A DNA stretch of 64,000 nt, from positions 4,847,628 to 4,911,627 of the forward strand of contig OZ037771.1 in the NCBI GenBank assembly GCA_964035545.1, in the 5' to 3' direction. This stretch comes from Bugula neritina (Eukaryota; Animalia; Bryozoa). Positions 24,624 through 37,895 of the stretch are shown here, one piece after another (position 1 is the first letter of the stretch; the number at the start of each line of letters is the position of its first letter). The translations under genes and the position numbers were made by a program. The notes beneath the pieces were generated by a model that searched no databases, was not told the origin of the DNA, and was given only the letters and a program-made list of their open reading frames with translations.

Positions 24624-27036
24624 GGTGAAACCTAAATTAGGAATTATATATGAGCATCATGATACAATATCCTGATGAAACATGATCATCATTTATCAAG
24701 AAATCTAAGTTTTTGTTTTAGGTGATTGCAACTTTGAGAAAGTTGGACTAAATTTTAGTAAGGCAACATTTTCATAAGTATTTTTAACCAGTACTGAGAC
24801 AGTATAAAAATCTACTTTAAATAACCATTTAGCGATTTATGCGTTAGTAATTCTGACATGTGCAGCTTTGCACAAACATAGAGCAAACAATTTCTTCAAA
24901 GAGATCTAAAACTAAGTCACCATAAATTAAAATGGCATTGCTTTGAAAAAACAACTTAAAAAAAAGTTTCAACAGTTTTGTTGCCAAAAAGTGTTTCAAC
25001 ACAATTAACTTTATGTTTATCCACAATATCACTAGTAGAACTTTAAAAAAAACGACAACTATATAACTTGATCGTAAGATTTAAGATTGTAACTGTAAGA
25101 TTTAAGTAACTGTAATCAATCTAAAAGTAAACGCCTAAAATCGAGTCATAAATTCAAACCAAACTAAAAACAGTCACCATGACATCATACTCACCATCAC
25201 AACGTTATTTTCATTGTAATAAGTATATTTTTATTTATAACACAAATTTGAACTTAATAATTTAGATTAAACTAATACTAATAGTAATTATTAGTATTAT
25301 AAATTATAATTATTATTATTTATAGACATAAGACAAAACATTTGTCTTAGAAAAGAATTTAGAATTACTCACTTTAAAGTTTATACTCAGAGTGCCAGTA
25401 ACACTAACTGGTTAATCAAAGTGAAAATGAACGATACACATAATGATAATGATAGTCATACTCATACTAGTCTGCTGCCACACCCACTGGACCATAGCAT
25501 TAGCAGCCAAGAGTTTAGAGTATGACTATTACTTTACTAGTAGAGTAGTACTCTACTAGTACCAGCATCAGTATGACTTTGATCGACTTTGAGTCACACT
25601 AACTCCAACTCTAAGCCTAACTGCAAAACTAACAGTAACACTAACTAACTTCCAAGTCACTGTCAGTGTCAGTAACACTAACTCTAACTGCAAATCATGA
25701 GTGTAAATTTACAATCAATGTAATTGTAAGGAATAGTCATTGTCAAAGTGAAAGTGTTAGAGTTGGTATATGACACTAATGACTAAGAGTGTATCAGTAT
25801 GAGTATGAGTATCACTTATCAGTATGAGTATTACTATGTCTATTAGTCTCATCTCATCTCATCTAATTAATCTCACTCGGAGCGCTTTGGCTCCATTATC
25901 GAGATGCAGTGGTGTATGAACAATTGTTTAGATTATCAGTAGTATTAGTATTACTATCAGTATTACTATTACTATTAGTATTACTATCACGATTAACTAC
26001 AACTAGTACTACGTCTACTACAGTACTAGTACGTAGTAGTAGTGAGTTACTGTTAGTGTTAGTAAGTACCGTGTTACTCGCTATCACTCCAGATGTAGTG
26101 CCCACGTCTTACATATAATATCAATATAGGAATGGGTAGCGGATTTAATTTTTATATTATTTTATGACGGCTGAGATAGGAGCGAGATAAACACGTTTTG
26201 CGATCTTTAATCAAGGCTAGAGCCAATGCAAAAATTCTTTGCACTGCTGACTGGCGCCAAATTAGAGAAATTCATTGGCCCGGGAATCCATTAACTTGGT
26301 TTTAATTCTAGAGTTATCTGCTTTCACATTTCAATGAAACAAATTGTAATTTACTTGACCTACTTTGCTCAGCGTGACTTTGCCAAGTGGTTGAACCAAT
26401 GAACTAAAACTCGGTCAAGAATAGACGCTCACGGTCAATGAACTAAAACTTCCTTATAGGGGATCATAGTTCAACGTTAACGGTCTAAAATCAGCCAGCT
26501 ATGACGTAACACGTGACGGACAGCTGTGACCGACTTCTTTAGGTCGTGGCACACTTTGACATAACATCGAACGTACTGCCAAATGGCAGCCGTTTAGCTG
26601 CAGTCTGCACGTGGACGCACAGTTGACTGCCATCAAAGATTTCTTTGCTTGGCAAGTTTTATTGTTGAGTGCATTGCCCTTCTGTATAATGTCCGGTCAC
26701 AACACCATGCAGTAGGTTTACTGTTTGAACTCCAGTTTATCTAAAAACATATATGGCTGGTCATTGTCCCCATATATGCTGGTATACCTGTATATCATGA
26801 TTTTATTATGTTCTCATTTAACCTTGTAAAATAAAGATAATAGTTTTAGATTTACTACGTGATGAAGAAAGAATGTTATCTTGACCACACAACATGAAAT
26901 TCAAGCTGACTTATATATTAGCGAAATCTTCATTATTCATCTTGCAGCTGATCTAAGTAATATATGGTTCGATGTCTTCTCATGAAATAGGGCTAGCTCA
27001 TAGCTTACACTTTCAATAAAGGACTCGAGGTAAGTT

Positions 27037-27270
<234 letters not shown>

Positions 27271-28081
27271 GCACTGATATTTGGCACAGAATTTTGCTGT
27301 TCCGAATTCAGCTCTCTGAAACTGGAAACTTGAAAGGAAGGATGTACTCACTACTCATACTGTTCCAGGTTTTATCTCTTTTTATGATTACCTACTCTCT
27401 GTTCTAGCGTGGATGCAATAATTGTTAGCTTTATCAGATTGAATGCCTGACAATAAAAACAACTGCTATTGTCATTTCCTATTTGTTGAGCCTAACAACT
27501 TACAACAATTGCACTAAAGCTGTCATATTGCCAGCCTACTTATCGTACAATGTCAAATATCTGCAGATTTACCTCTAGCAATTTGTTTGTAATTTAAACC
27601 TGCAGTTGAACTGGTAAAGCGCAACCAGGTGAGCTTATCAGAATTATCATTGAATTATACTTGGTGTAGGCTAACTTATCACTTAAGGTACGTATTATTA
27701 AAATGCTGTATCAATATTTTCTATAATTTATACTTCAACTTTATAATTAACTTAAATGTTAATTAACAGTTCATTTTAAAAACCCGACATTAACAATTGC
27801 CTTTTTCAAGTGCACCAAGTATTTCACTGCATCATGCATAAAAATGCTGTTTTTCAATCTATAATTATTGTAAATATATAAATTTACTAAATGGATATTG
27901 ACAGTATTTGGAAAAAAACTATCTGGCTTTGATACGTACATATTATTAACTATTTCAAAATTGTATTATGCAACAGCCAGTGTAATATCTTATCACACAC
28001 ATATATTATTTAAATTTGTTTTGCTTGTTGCAACAATGTATGGGTCATGAACAACACAATTTATATTTTTCCAGGTTGCTC

Positions 28082-28194
<113 letters not shown>

Positions 28195-29079
28195 TGCATG
28201 AGCTGTGTAATAAGAAATGGCTACTAATACTAGTGCTTAGATAAGATTTAGCCCATCATGATACTCCTATCGGTTGAATTAAAGTACGTCACATGGAGTA
28301 GCGAATGACGTGATTCTGTGAAATATTTGTTTAAACTGAAATTTTTTAGCGTCTAATTGTATTTACAGTTTTGACATTTCAGACAACTTGTCTAAAAAGT
28401 AATATAAACAGGAGTCTGTATAAACAGTTGATATCTTTAATAGCTAAGATAGAGTGCATGTGACCCTGATCAGTAAAATCCTAAAATTTATTTCTACATA
28501 TCTACAAATTAATCAGCTTTTCAAAAAATATATTCAAGTTAGTTTCAATATTATGCAAGACTTTTTCAGATCCCTAAACTAAAAAATATATTATAGAGCT
28601 TTACATAATATAATTATCTGTCTGCCTATAATAGTGTGTTTCTCTTATTTTAAAACTTTGTCCCACATTTTCAATTGCAAAATTGAAAATCCTTTTTAAG
28701 GTATCCTAATTTTTGGCTTCTCATCTTCATATCTGGAAATGTGTGTTATAGTGACCTTCTTATTCACCTTATTCTAAACATAATATCCTTTACCAGTTTA
28801 TTTCTTATAAAAAACATGCTGCTTCATGTGTCATCAATCCCATTGGTCGCTATGCAATGTTATTGGTAGATTTTCCATGCTGACTTCACGTGTGCTGACA
28901 CCAACGGTTTGTCAGAAGTTTTAGTTATAATAATTGGTACACCAACTCTTGTGATCAAATTCCAGTGTCTACCAGCATAATAACTGGATGTCATGTAGTG
29001 GTACACAAATTTTTCAACATATATATTTGAATCAGCATCTACTCTCAGCTATATCAGCAGTTTCTCTGTTCCAGAAACC

Positions 29080-32000
29080 ATGCTTATAGAAGGTAAAGTT
29101 GCTTTAATAACAGGTGGAGCTGGAGGAGTGGGTAAAGCCTTCGCTACGGCTCTACTAAAGGCAAAGATAGCAGCCGTAAGTTCATAACATTTCATTTGAT
29201 ATCCTCAAAAAATGCTTGGGAACTTTCCGTTTTAGTAAAAATCTCAAATATTTGACTTATTCTGGGTGGCAGTGAAGTTGCATGTATGATATTACCAAAC
29301 TTTTACAAAGTTGTTGCTAAAGTATTTTCCTGCTGAGTAATAAATTGTGTTTATTAGCTGTATCTTGCCCGGCATACAGAGAAAATATTTTTACAGCACA
29401 TTATATAATATGCTATGGTGGATACACTCGGTGTACCCTGAGCATTAGCATATAATACAAAAAATAAATAAGTAGTAAAGTTACTCCAAACTTTATTAAA
29501 TCTCCCCACAGAGTAATAGAAGTATAACATTTTGTTTCACTGAAGCTTCTCAAACATTGTAAAGCTAAGCCTCTATTTTTAGCCATATCTATAGACATTG
29601 CAAGAAACTGAGTAGATGGAGACTTGGCTTTACACAACAACTGTTTAATGTTCAAGCTTATGCTTTGTAGGCTGTGCATGGGAATTTAATTTTTAGAATT
29701 GTTGCCTAAAAAATTAAAAATATATTCATGCAAGTGCACATCACATCTATGCTTTTGCACTATATACAGCCTAATATAATTATATTCTATTAGCATTTTA
29801 AAACTTTGTATTATTTGCATAATTTTTTTTAACTTGTTGATAATGCAAGCATTGATTGGTGGGGCTAGGCCTTTGTAGCTATGGTGATGTCTCAAAACAA
29901 TATTTCGCAATCCGACACAATTTAAAGTGTATATAAGTTTCAACTTTGCTTAGTTTAAAGGTTTTCAAGTACCATATTCACATTATTCTTACATATTAGG
30001 CAAAGCAAACTTGAAAAACTTCATATTGTGGTAACCCAGTCTATGTTTTCCTTTTATCAGGTCTGTTTGGTCGACTGTAGTAAGAATGGTGAAGAGATTG
30101 CATTGCAATTAAACCAAGAATTCCCAGCAAGTGAAGTAGTGTATTACCAGTGTGATATAACCAACTATGAGCTCTTTAAAGGTAGACTTCCACAACAAAA
30201 GTACTAAATTCTGCCATGTCATTACCTACTTCAAATATTTATAAAAAGCAACACAGCCTGACAGTTGTAAAAACTTGTAAGCACATTTGCTTGCCAAATA
30301 AGTTATTTATTGCATGCCAAAAGCAACATAATATCCTTGTTTATAATCACTAAAGAATTTTCAAAGTAGGCTTGCAACACTCTATCACAGGTTTTCATTT
30401 ATTGAGTTACCCAGGATTCAATTCTTATGTCTAGTCAGCGGCTGCTTTTACTCATGCTGACATCATGATTTTGACATGGGCCGCTGACGCGAGAGATGAA
30501 CCGGAACTGCTACTTATATCAAACACAGCTGCTGCTCTGTTGTAAAAATTCCATACATGTGTACTATACCACGGGCAAATTCTCATTTTATTGTGTTGTT
30601 ATTGGTGTGCAGAGTAATAGTTGTACTTGTAAGAATGTTGCAATACAAAGTTCAATGACTTGTAACCAACAGATGTTGACATTAGTTGACTTCACGCTTG
30701 ACTGGTTCCACTATGCGGTCATTGTAGAATCAATTTTGAATCATGATTCAAAATTGTTGCGATACAACTCAAAATGAATATGGTATTGTCATGCATCACA
30801 ATGCCATATTAGTTTTGATTTTATCAAAATAACTTTATAATGTTTACCAACCAACTTGTAACTATCAATTCTATAAACATATCAAAAATGATGCACAATC
30901 AAAAATATTACGTAATAGCAAAGACTTTTCAATTGCTGCATTTCTTTTTGTTCTATTTCTTGAAACTTTTGTTGCAGAACTTAGTAATTTATAAGTAGAA
31001 ACTGCCACTGTAATTACTAATTCCTAACTCATAATTTTATACTTCAGGAGCTTTCGAGTTTGTAAAAACAAAGTTTGGAGCGCTAGATATTGTGAGCAAT
31101 AATGCTGGCATATCAGCTTTTGATTACGAGTTTGAAAAGTCAGTGAAAGTCTTGCGAGTGAACTTGGTGAGTGCAAGACTTGACTACATGCATAACTTGG
31201 GAAATAATATTGATTATATTAATAGTATATATGATATATTATATGACATGATATGGTACTAATAATCTGCATAGTGCATTTGACATGATGTAATATGATC
31301 TGATGTTATCTAATATTGGTAGTACATATGATATGATATCATATATGATATTATATGAGATTGATAGTACATATGATGTGACAGTATATGGTATTGATAG
31401 CACGTATTATATGATGGTATATGATATTGCTAGTATACCGTTAGCACCATAATGTAAAAGCTACAGACACCACAATGTTTAGAATTTACAGCTGCCTAAT
31501 TCTAAATAGCCTTTCTACTTTATCCTCCATATGGCTGTATCATCTACTATAGGAGGGTACATTCTATGGCATAAGGTTAGGGCTGGAGTACATGGACAAA
31601 AATAAAGCTAGAGGTGGCGTGATTGTCAACACTGCATCAGTTCAAGGTAGGCAAGGGTTTAATGAAAGAATAACCTTCTCCCATTCCACCAATGAATATT
31701 GTAAGGAACATAGGCTTGGTCTTTCTAAGCTTTGAAATATTGAAAATTTTGTTGAAAGTAAGCTGATGATTTGGCATTTTTATGCTATTTTTATGTATTT
31801 TGATATTGCTTGCACTGCCTCCCCTCTATCCCCCTTATGTATGCCATTAAATAGTATTTTCAAAGTAATGCCTTGTTCACATACCATGTGATAACTCTCC
31901 TAGGTTGTTCATGTTGCAAACTGCTGAAACTGGTTCCCATCTCATCTCCCAACAACTAGAATGCAGTTTGGTACTTTATTCTTTGCTTACGCGATAAGCT

Positions 32001-33467
32001 GTTTACTAACATAATTCATCCAGATCTAGAGACAAACCTTATAAAAATTTCTTTCTGGGTAGTACCCATTCCCCATGCAGCTAATCAACACTAGATCATA
32101 CAACAACCAAGAAAATCGATATGGCATTTTTATCACATACAGTGCCAGCAAAAGTCTGGAATACTTCACTCATAAAAAAGTTTTCACTATGGTGACAAAT
32201 CAGGATTAGTGACTACATTATAGCAAAATCTGATGTTAATAACATTTAAATACTAGTTTTTTTACAGCTTTGTTACACTCCTTTCGGTAAAAATGTCTTT
32301 GAAACTCAAAATGAGCACACATTTTTTAAAACTGTTGTGCTTTTAATCAAAATATTCCAGACTTTTTGCCAGCCCTGTATATACTAGTGTTTATCATATA
32401 TGTTTCTCGGTTTCGTATAGTATGTATTTTACTCACTTCACTGCATATTATTTACACTAGCATTTGTCACAAACCCGACCACAGTGTGTTACGGTGCGAG
32501 TAAAGCTGGAGTCATCTCCCTCACTCAATCTGCCGGGGTCAGTGCCACTTCACTAAAGTCAATCAATCTTTTCAAGGTTTTATTTTACAAAATATATTTT
32601 TGCAATACTTCATTTGTTGTTCTCAGAATTGACTGCACAAAGTATTTTGCTAGATCAATGAAGGGTATGCTCTTCAAGGTCAAATAATAGGCTTAAGGTC
32701 AAATAATAGGGTGAGAAAGCAGCTGCAGGTGTTTGTATGTGCAACTGACATGCCAAGATGCTTTTAATTCTAATTTAAACACATGCATAATATAATTCGT
32801 TCTTATTTTAGCTGCCATCTAGTTATAAGAGACACGGAGTTAGAGTAAACGCAATTTGCCCATCAGCTGTAGAGACACCTATGCTAGATGAATACCCAGG
32901 TCAGGTGCTTGTGCACTATTAGCCAATCACTGTAGTGCTTATGTACTATTAGCCAATCACTGTAGTACTCATGAATTATTAGCCAATCACTGCAATGCTT
33001 ATGTACTATTAGCCAATCAATGTAGTACTTATGTACTATTAGCCAATCACTGTAGTGCTTATGTACTATTAGCCAATCACTGCAATGCTTATGTACTATT
33101 AGCCAATCAATGTAGTACTTATGTACTATTAGCCAATCAATGTAGTAGTTGCATTTAAAATATTTCAGTCTTCATTTAGGAACTTTATAAATTCAGCCTG
33201 ATCAATGACTTCAGTGAAATGCCTGTAGCACATGTTTAATAATGTGCTGCAACATGATGATACATTTGTGTGTATGTAGATATGAGAAAGGGTCTTGCTT
33301 CTTTGCCAAATGACCGTGGTGCCGTTTTACCAGTGGAGTCGGTAGCAGACGGTTTCAAGCAGTTGATTGAAAATGATGAGTTGTGTGGGGTTGCCATGGT
33401 GATAACGCCATGGACGGGAATACGGTTTGTTAGAAACGAGAGCACATACGTAACATTTAATGTCTAA
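29080..33467 (+). CDS. Classical short-chain dehydrogenase/reductase, 15-hydroxyprostaglandin dehydrogenase-like, ~260 aa
   Basis: Exons 29080-29175, 30061-30181, 31048-31166, 31553-31646, 32461-32537, 32812-32899, 33280-33467 give 783 nt in frame. Motifs: TGGAGGVG, acidic D after beta2 (VCLVD, NAD-type), QCDIT, NNAG, GGVIVNTAS, YGASK (YxxxK), GVRVNAICP. Confidence 0.9.
32140..32377. mobile_element. Tc1/mariner-type MITE in SDR intron 4
   Basis: Imperfect TIRs (CAGTGCCAGCAAAAGTCTGGAATA vs rc CAGGGCTGGCAAAAAGTCTGGAATA), flanked by TA on both sides. Confidence 0.7.
32905..33146. repeat. 30-bp minisatellite, 8 copies, each containing AGCCAATCA
   Basis: AGCCAATCA at 32921, 32951, 32981, 33011, 33041, 33071, 33101 and 33131. 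Confidence 0.95.
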
Positions 33468-34059
33468 TAAAACATGTAAATAACACATAGACCTATTTTT
33501 GTTCTTTCAAAATTATAATACTACATTTTAAATAACTAAAGATTGTTAAAGTACTTTCTAATGTTTTTCTATCATGTTTTTGTTCTTATTTTTGTTTAAT
33601 ATTTTTTAAGAGAAATAAGAAAATGCATGTATATTTTTAAGTTGTAGTTTGACGCATCTAACTGTTTGGGCTGCCTACATAGTGAGTGATAATATATGTA
33701 TATAGCATGTATTTAGTATTATTAGAGCCAGTTGATGCTAAGTTTGTATCAAAAGTTGTTTTCTCTTTCTGCTTTGTATCTAAGGCTATTTTTATTATAT
33801 GGCTATAATTGATCAAAGTCCAAAATTATTTATTTTAGATGTAATTTAATCGGATATGGTTTTGGTTAAGTCTTGCTTGGAAATCAGAAAAAAATATAAT
33901 TATTAAAAACTTAAATGTCTTTCGGTGATTTGTGAATTCATTATAATATTATATATTATTATTTCAGGAGAAGAAACATATAATACAGTATATTATTGTT
34001 TTTATGAATATATATATACTATAGTCTATACCTTTTGCACAAATTGCACTATATATATT

Positions 34060-34063
<4 letters not shown>

Positions 34064-34142
<79 letters not shown>
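34064..34142. repeat. (TA)n microsatellite
   Basis: About 78 bp of TA. Confidence 0.9.
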
Positions 34143-34146
<4 letters not shown>

Positions 34147-35986
34147 ATATACATGTAAGTACCAGATGTTTATTTAAACAGATCTGTCAGAATGAAAACA
34201 TATAAAGCAGCCATGAGCTATAATCATTACTATAAGCTATAACACATGCTGTGTGGAAAAGAGAACGTTTTATGCTATCTGGCAAGAGACATAACAGCTT
34301 GTTTAAAATAGAATCACTTATTTTGATTATATAGCTGTAAATATATTTAAACCACAGAATATATACCTTCTTTAACTGCAATGAGGGATACTCTGGGAAA
34401 ACTGGAAAGAAAAATGCGTATATAAAACTTTGATAATAAATATAATTGTATTATATTTGTTATAACTACTAAGCTACACATGATAAATTCTCAGCTCTGC
34501 ACTTTGTTACGTAAAAGTAGTACTTCACATATTGCCAGGAAGGTCAGTTGAGCTTCTCAATCAGCATGATGCACAAAGTAAGTGTAGGGCCACACGAGCG
34601 TAACGTGCGAGAAATCCCATTAGAATACACGCTAGTGACCTGCCACGCACAGTGCGGGTGTTGCGAGTGCAAAAAATTATTAGCCAATGATGTTAGCGTT
34701 AAACTTTACTGCTCGCCTACAGACGTTTGTTTTAAGCACCCATTTGCGTTTTTCTGTATTTCAGTTGACATGAGAAGATAACTCTAGGAAGTGTAGCAAA
34801 TCTCTAATACCAGTAATAGTCGAAACAGTGATTACAAAATTGGTGCCATAGGATAATATTTTAGCACACTGCATGCATAGTCAAACTATCTGTACTAACA
34901 AAAAGCTAACACCAAGTGCAGCGATGTTAAAGCAATAATGCATATATGCAAAATATATTTTAAACAACTTAATTTGTCCCTTTTCGACGCTAATTTGTAT
35001 AAGATAACTTCTTTGCAAATGTGAATACATTCAGCCAATTTTTTAATTAGACTATCAAGTTGAATCATTTAGAGATATGGCTCATAAGATGATATGCAAG
35101 TGCTTCAAAATGTTCTATAGCCCTTTTAATGTTTTACAATTATTTGTGTTTTTGAGGTATTAGATGTGAATTAATTTTTTTAATAAGTATATATATTATA
35201 CCTAAAGTTATATATACATGTATATACTATGAAAAATATTGATAATGTGAATTATATTAGTGTTGTTCAGTAATTAGCGATGCATTTTGCATGCTTGAAT
35301 AAACATATTTATAATAGTATACCTATTTATTCCATTCATTGTGATAATTTAAGCAAAACTGTGACTTTGACTGTGAGCAAGTAAACTAAATTATCAACCA
35401 AATCTGCTTCTCCAAGAAACAGGAACTGGGAACTTATAAAACTACAAGATATACAATTATTCCAAATATTGTTTATTTGCATGTTTATAGCTAAATTTAT
35501 AATAGATGTCATCATGTATGGTGAAAACAGTTTCTACTGAATGTTTAATTACAAAATTATGTTGATGTAGTAAAAAGTTCTTGGTGATGATAAACTCTAT
35601 ATTTGATAAAATAATTTACACGAAAAAAAGAAAATACCTCTATTTGCAGGCAAAGATAAAAGGTTAATACTTCTGAATGTATAAAAATACAATCTACAGT
35701 ATAATTGCTTTCTGTACAACAGTTTTCACAAATATTATAAGGTACATATGATATTATGAAATACAGTATGGTACTTGAAAATAAAGAGTGTATTGAGTAT
35801 TATTTCTTTCAAAGGAGTTATGTCAGTGATTGTGCTGCGTATTATCTGAGGTTGATCTCTGCGACGCTGGTCTTCATTTCATGAACAACAGATGGCCCTA
35901 GTCGCTGCAATACCGAACCTCAAGCACCAGTTTGTAACTTTAGGCTATAGCGTTGCCAGTTACGCCCCAGTGGAGGTATAGCCTTG

Positions 35987-36145
35987 TTATAGCCTGGCCT
36001 TGGCTGTCATCTGATCTGGTAGACTACCATGTGGGAGTTCAGCTACTTTAGTTTCTGGAAGGCAAATCATGTCTAAATCTCTACTCCAGATATATCTTTC
36101 CAAGGCCTTTATAGTGTTGTTTGACATGCCATTAATGTTCAGTTC
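35987..36145 (-). mobile_element. Decayed non-LTR retrotransposon fragment (APE-type endonuclease N-terminus)
   Basis: Minus-strand translation ELNINGMSNNTIKALERYIWSRDLDMICLPETK resembles the NxxG...D(I/V)xCLQET motifs of LINE endonucleases; stops follow. Confidence 0.45.
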
Positions 36146-37895
36146 TTATATTAATGCTTTTATTTGATAAAAAGGACAGATTTTATGAAGCTGTACTAAT
36201 TATTAACAAACTTGAGTCATCTAGTAAAAACCAGATTAACTTCCTTGAAAGAGGACACAACTTCGCAAATGATTAGTCAGTCTCTGCGCCTTGAGTAGTT
36301 TTTGTCCAATAATATTGAACTAATGAGAACATCAGCCAGCGTGAGACGAAAAGTAATTGTTCCCTAAGTTGCGCATGCTCGCTTCCTACTGCCGTATATC
36401 ACGTTATGCTGACTACTTGATGAATAAGCGAGACAATCCAAGTTAAAAAATATTTGCTCCTCCTTTTGTTAGTATAATTATAACTATCTTTTGATTTTAC
36501 CTCTAATAGTAATACCGTTGCTATATTAATCTGTTCACTCGCAGGGTCTTATTTTTATTTTTCATAGCGATGATATTCATGTTGATAATAATTATTTCAA
36601 TATCAATTTGATATAATTTATTGATAATTTTAATTTATTAATAATTTAATTACAATAATAATTATACTTATAATAATAGTATTAATTATGTTTATATTTT
36701 ATTCATATTGGGATTGATTGTTGTATAATAATGATAATAATAATATCAATTTAAGTTATTATTACTATGAGTATGAATGTTAGGCGTATACAGTATCAGT
36801 ATGAGTATGAGTATACGTCTAACATTCATACTATACTATACATAGTATACTATACTCGTACTGTAAGTGTATAGTTAGTCTTAGTGTAAGTGTTACTGTC
36901 ACACTCACAGTCAGTGTCACTGTGTTAGTGAAGTTCAACTTTAAATTAACATTCAGTTTCACTTTAAGTTTCAGTTTAGCAATAATTATAAGTTAAAGTA
37001 TTACTATTAGTATGACTTATAAGTTATGCTTATAATAATAAGTATGGCTGTAAGTGTAGCACTAAGTCTAACTGGATACTCACTCTCAATGTCATTGTGA
37101 ATGTGAGTATCAGTATGACTGTATGAGTTTAGTTATGCAGTGTAAGTATAACTTAAACTTTTACTTACTTAGTCTTATAACTATGATATCACAATGTTAT
37201 AGTACAACTATAATTATCACTATAATACTGGGTCATACACATAGTGATACTGACTACGATAATTTTCTCAGTTTCTCACTTTCTGATATTCAGATTGAGT
37301 ATCATTATCATAATAATAATGACTATAACTATAAGACTGTTTACCATCTATCACTATCAACATGAGTAAAACCATAGCCCTACTCGTAATGATGCTAATA
37401 CAGTAAAACTAGATGTTATACTCATGTCGATTCCAATACTTAATCGTCATCTTGGTATCTCTATGACTATCACAGTCTCAGTAACATTTAACTTTATGGT
37501 TGTATCGGAAAAATTATCACTGTGTATAGGTTTTACTAACTCTTAAAATTACTAATAGTCAATTACAGATAATGATAGTGATAGTCTTCGTAAAAGTAAA
37601 TTTAAGAATAATATTGATATTGATAGTTTTCTTATTTGTATTTAGCTTTGTGTGTGTAATCTTACCAAGTTTAAGTTTCGGTGTTGGTTGTCAAATGAAT
37701 TTACCCGTTGAGCCTATAGCTGTAGGAATTCAAATTAGGAACAATAATTTTTAAAATATACAATTTGAATTTATTCATTAATTTAAACAGTGTTAAATGG
37801 TCAATACCAAAAATTGCACTTGACTGTTTTTTCCTTTTTGTTATTTTGTGGTTTAGTATTGTTGAATATATTGGCAGATATTTGGTAAAGTTTTG

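Noticed and set aside
32905-33146. Resemblance to a CRISPR array
   Set aside because: Head-to-tail units without unique spacers, in a eukaryotic intron, with no cas genes.
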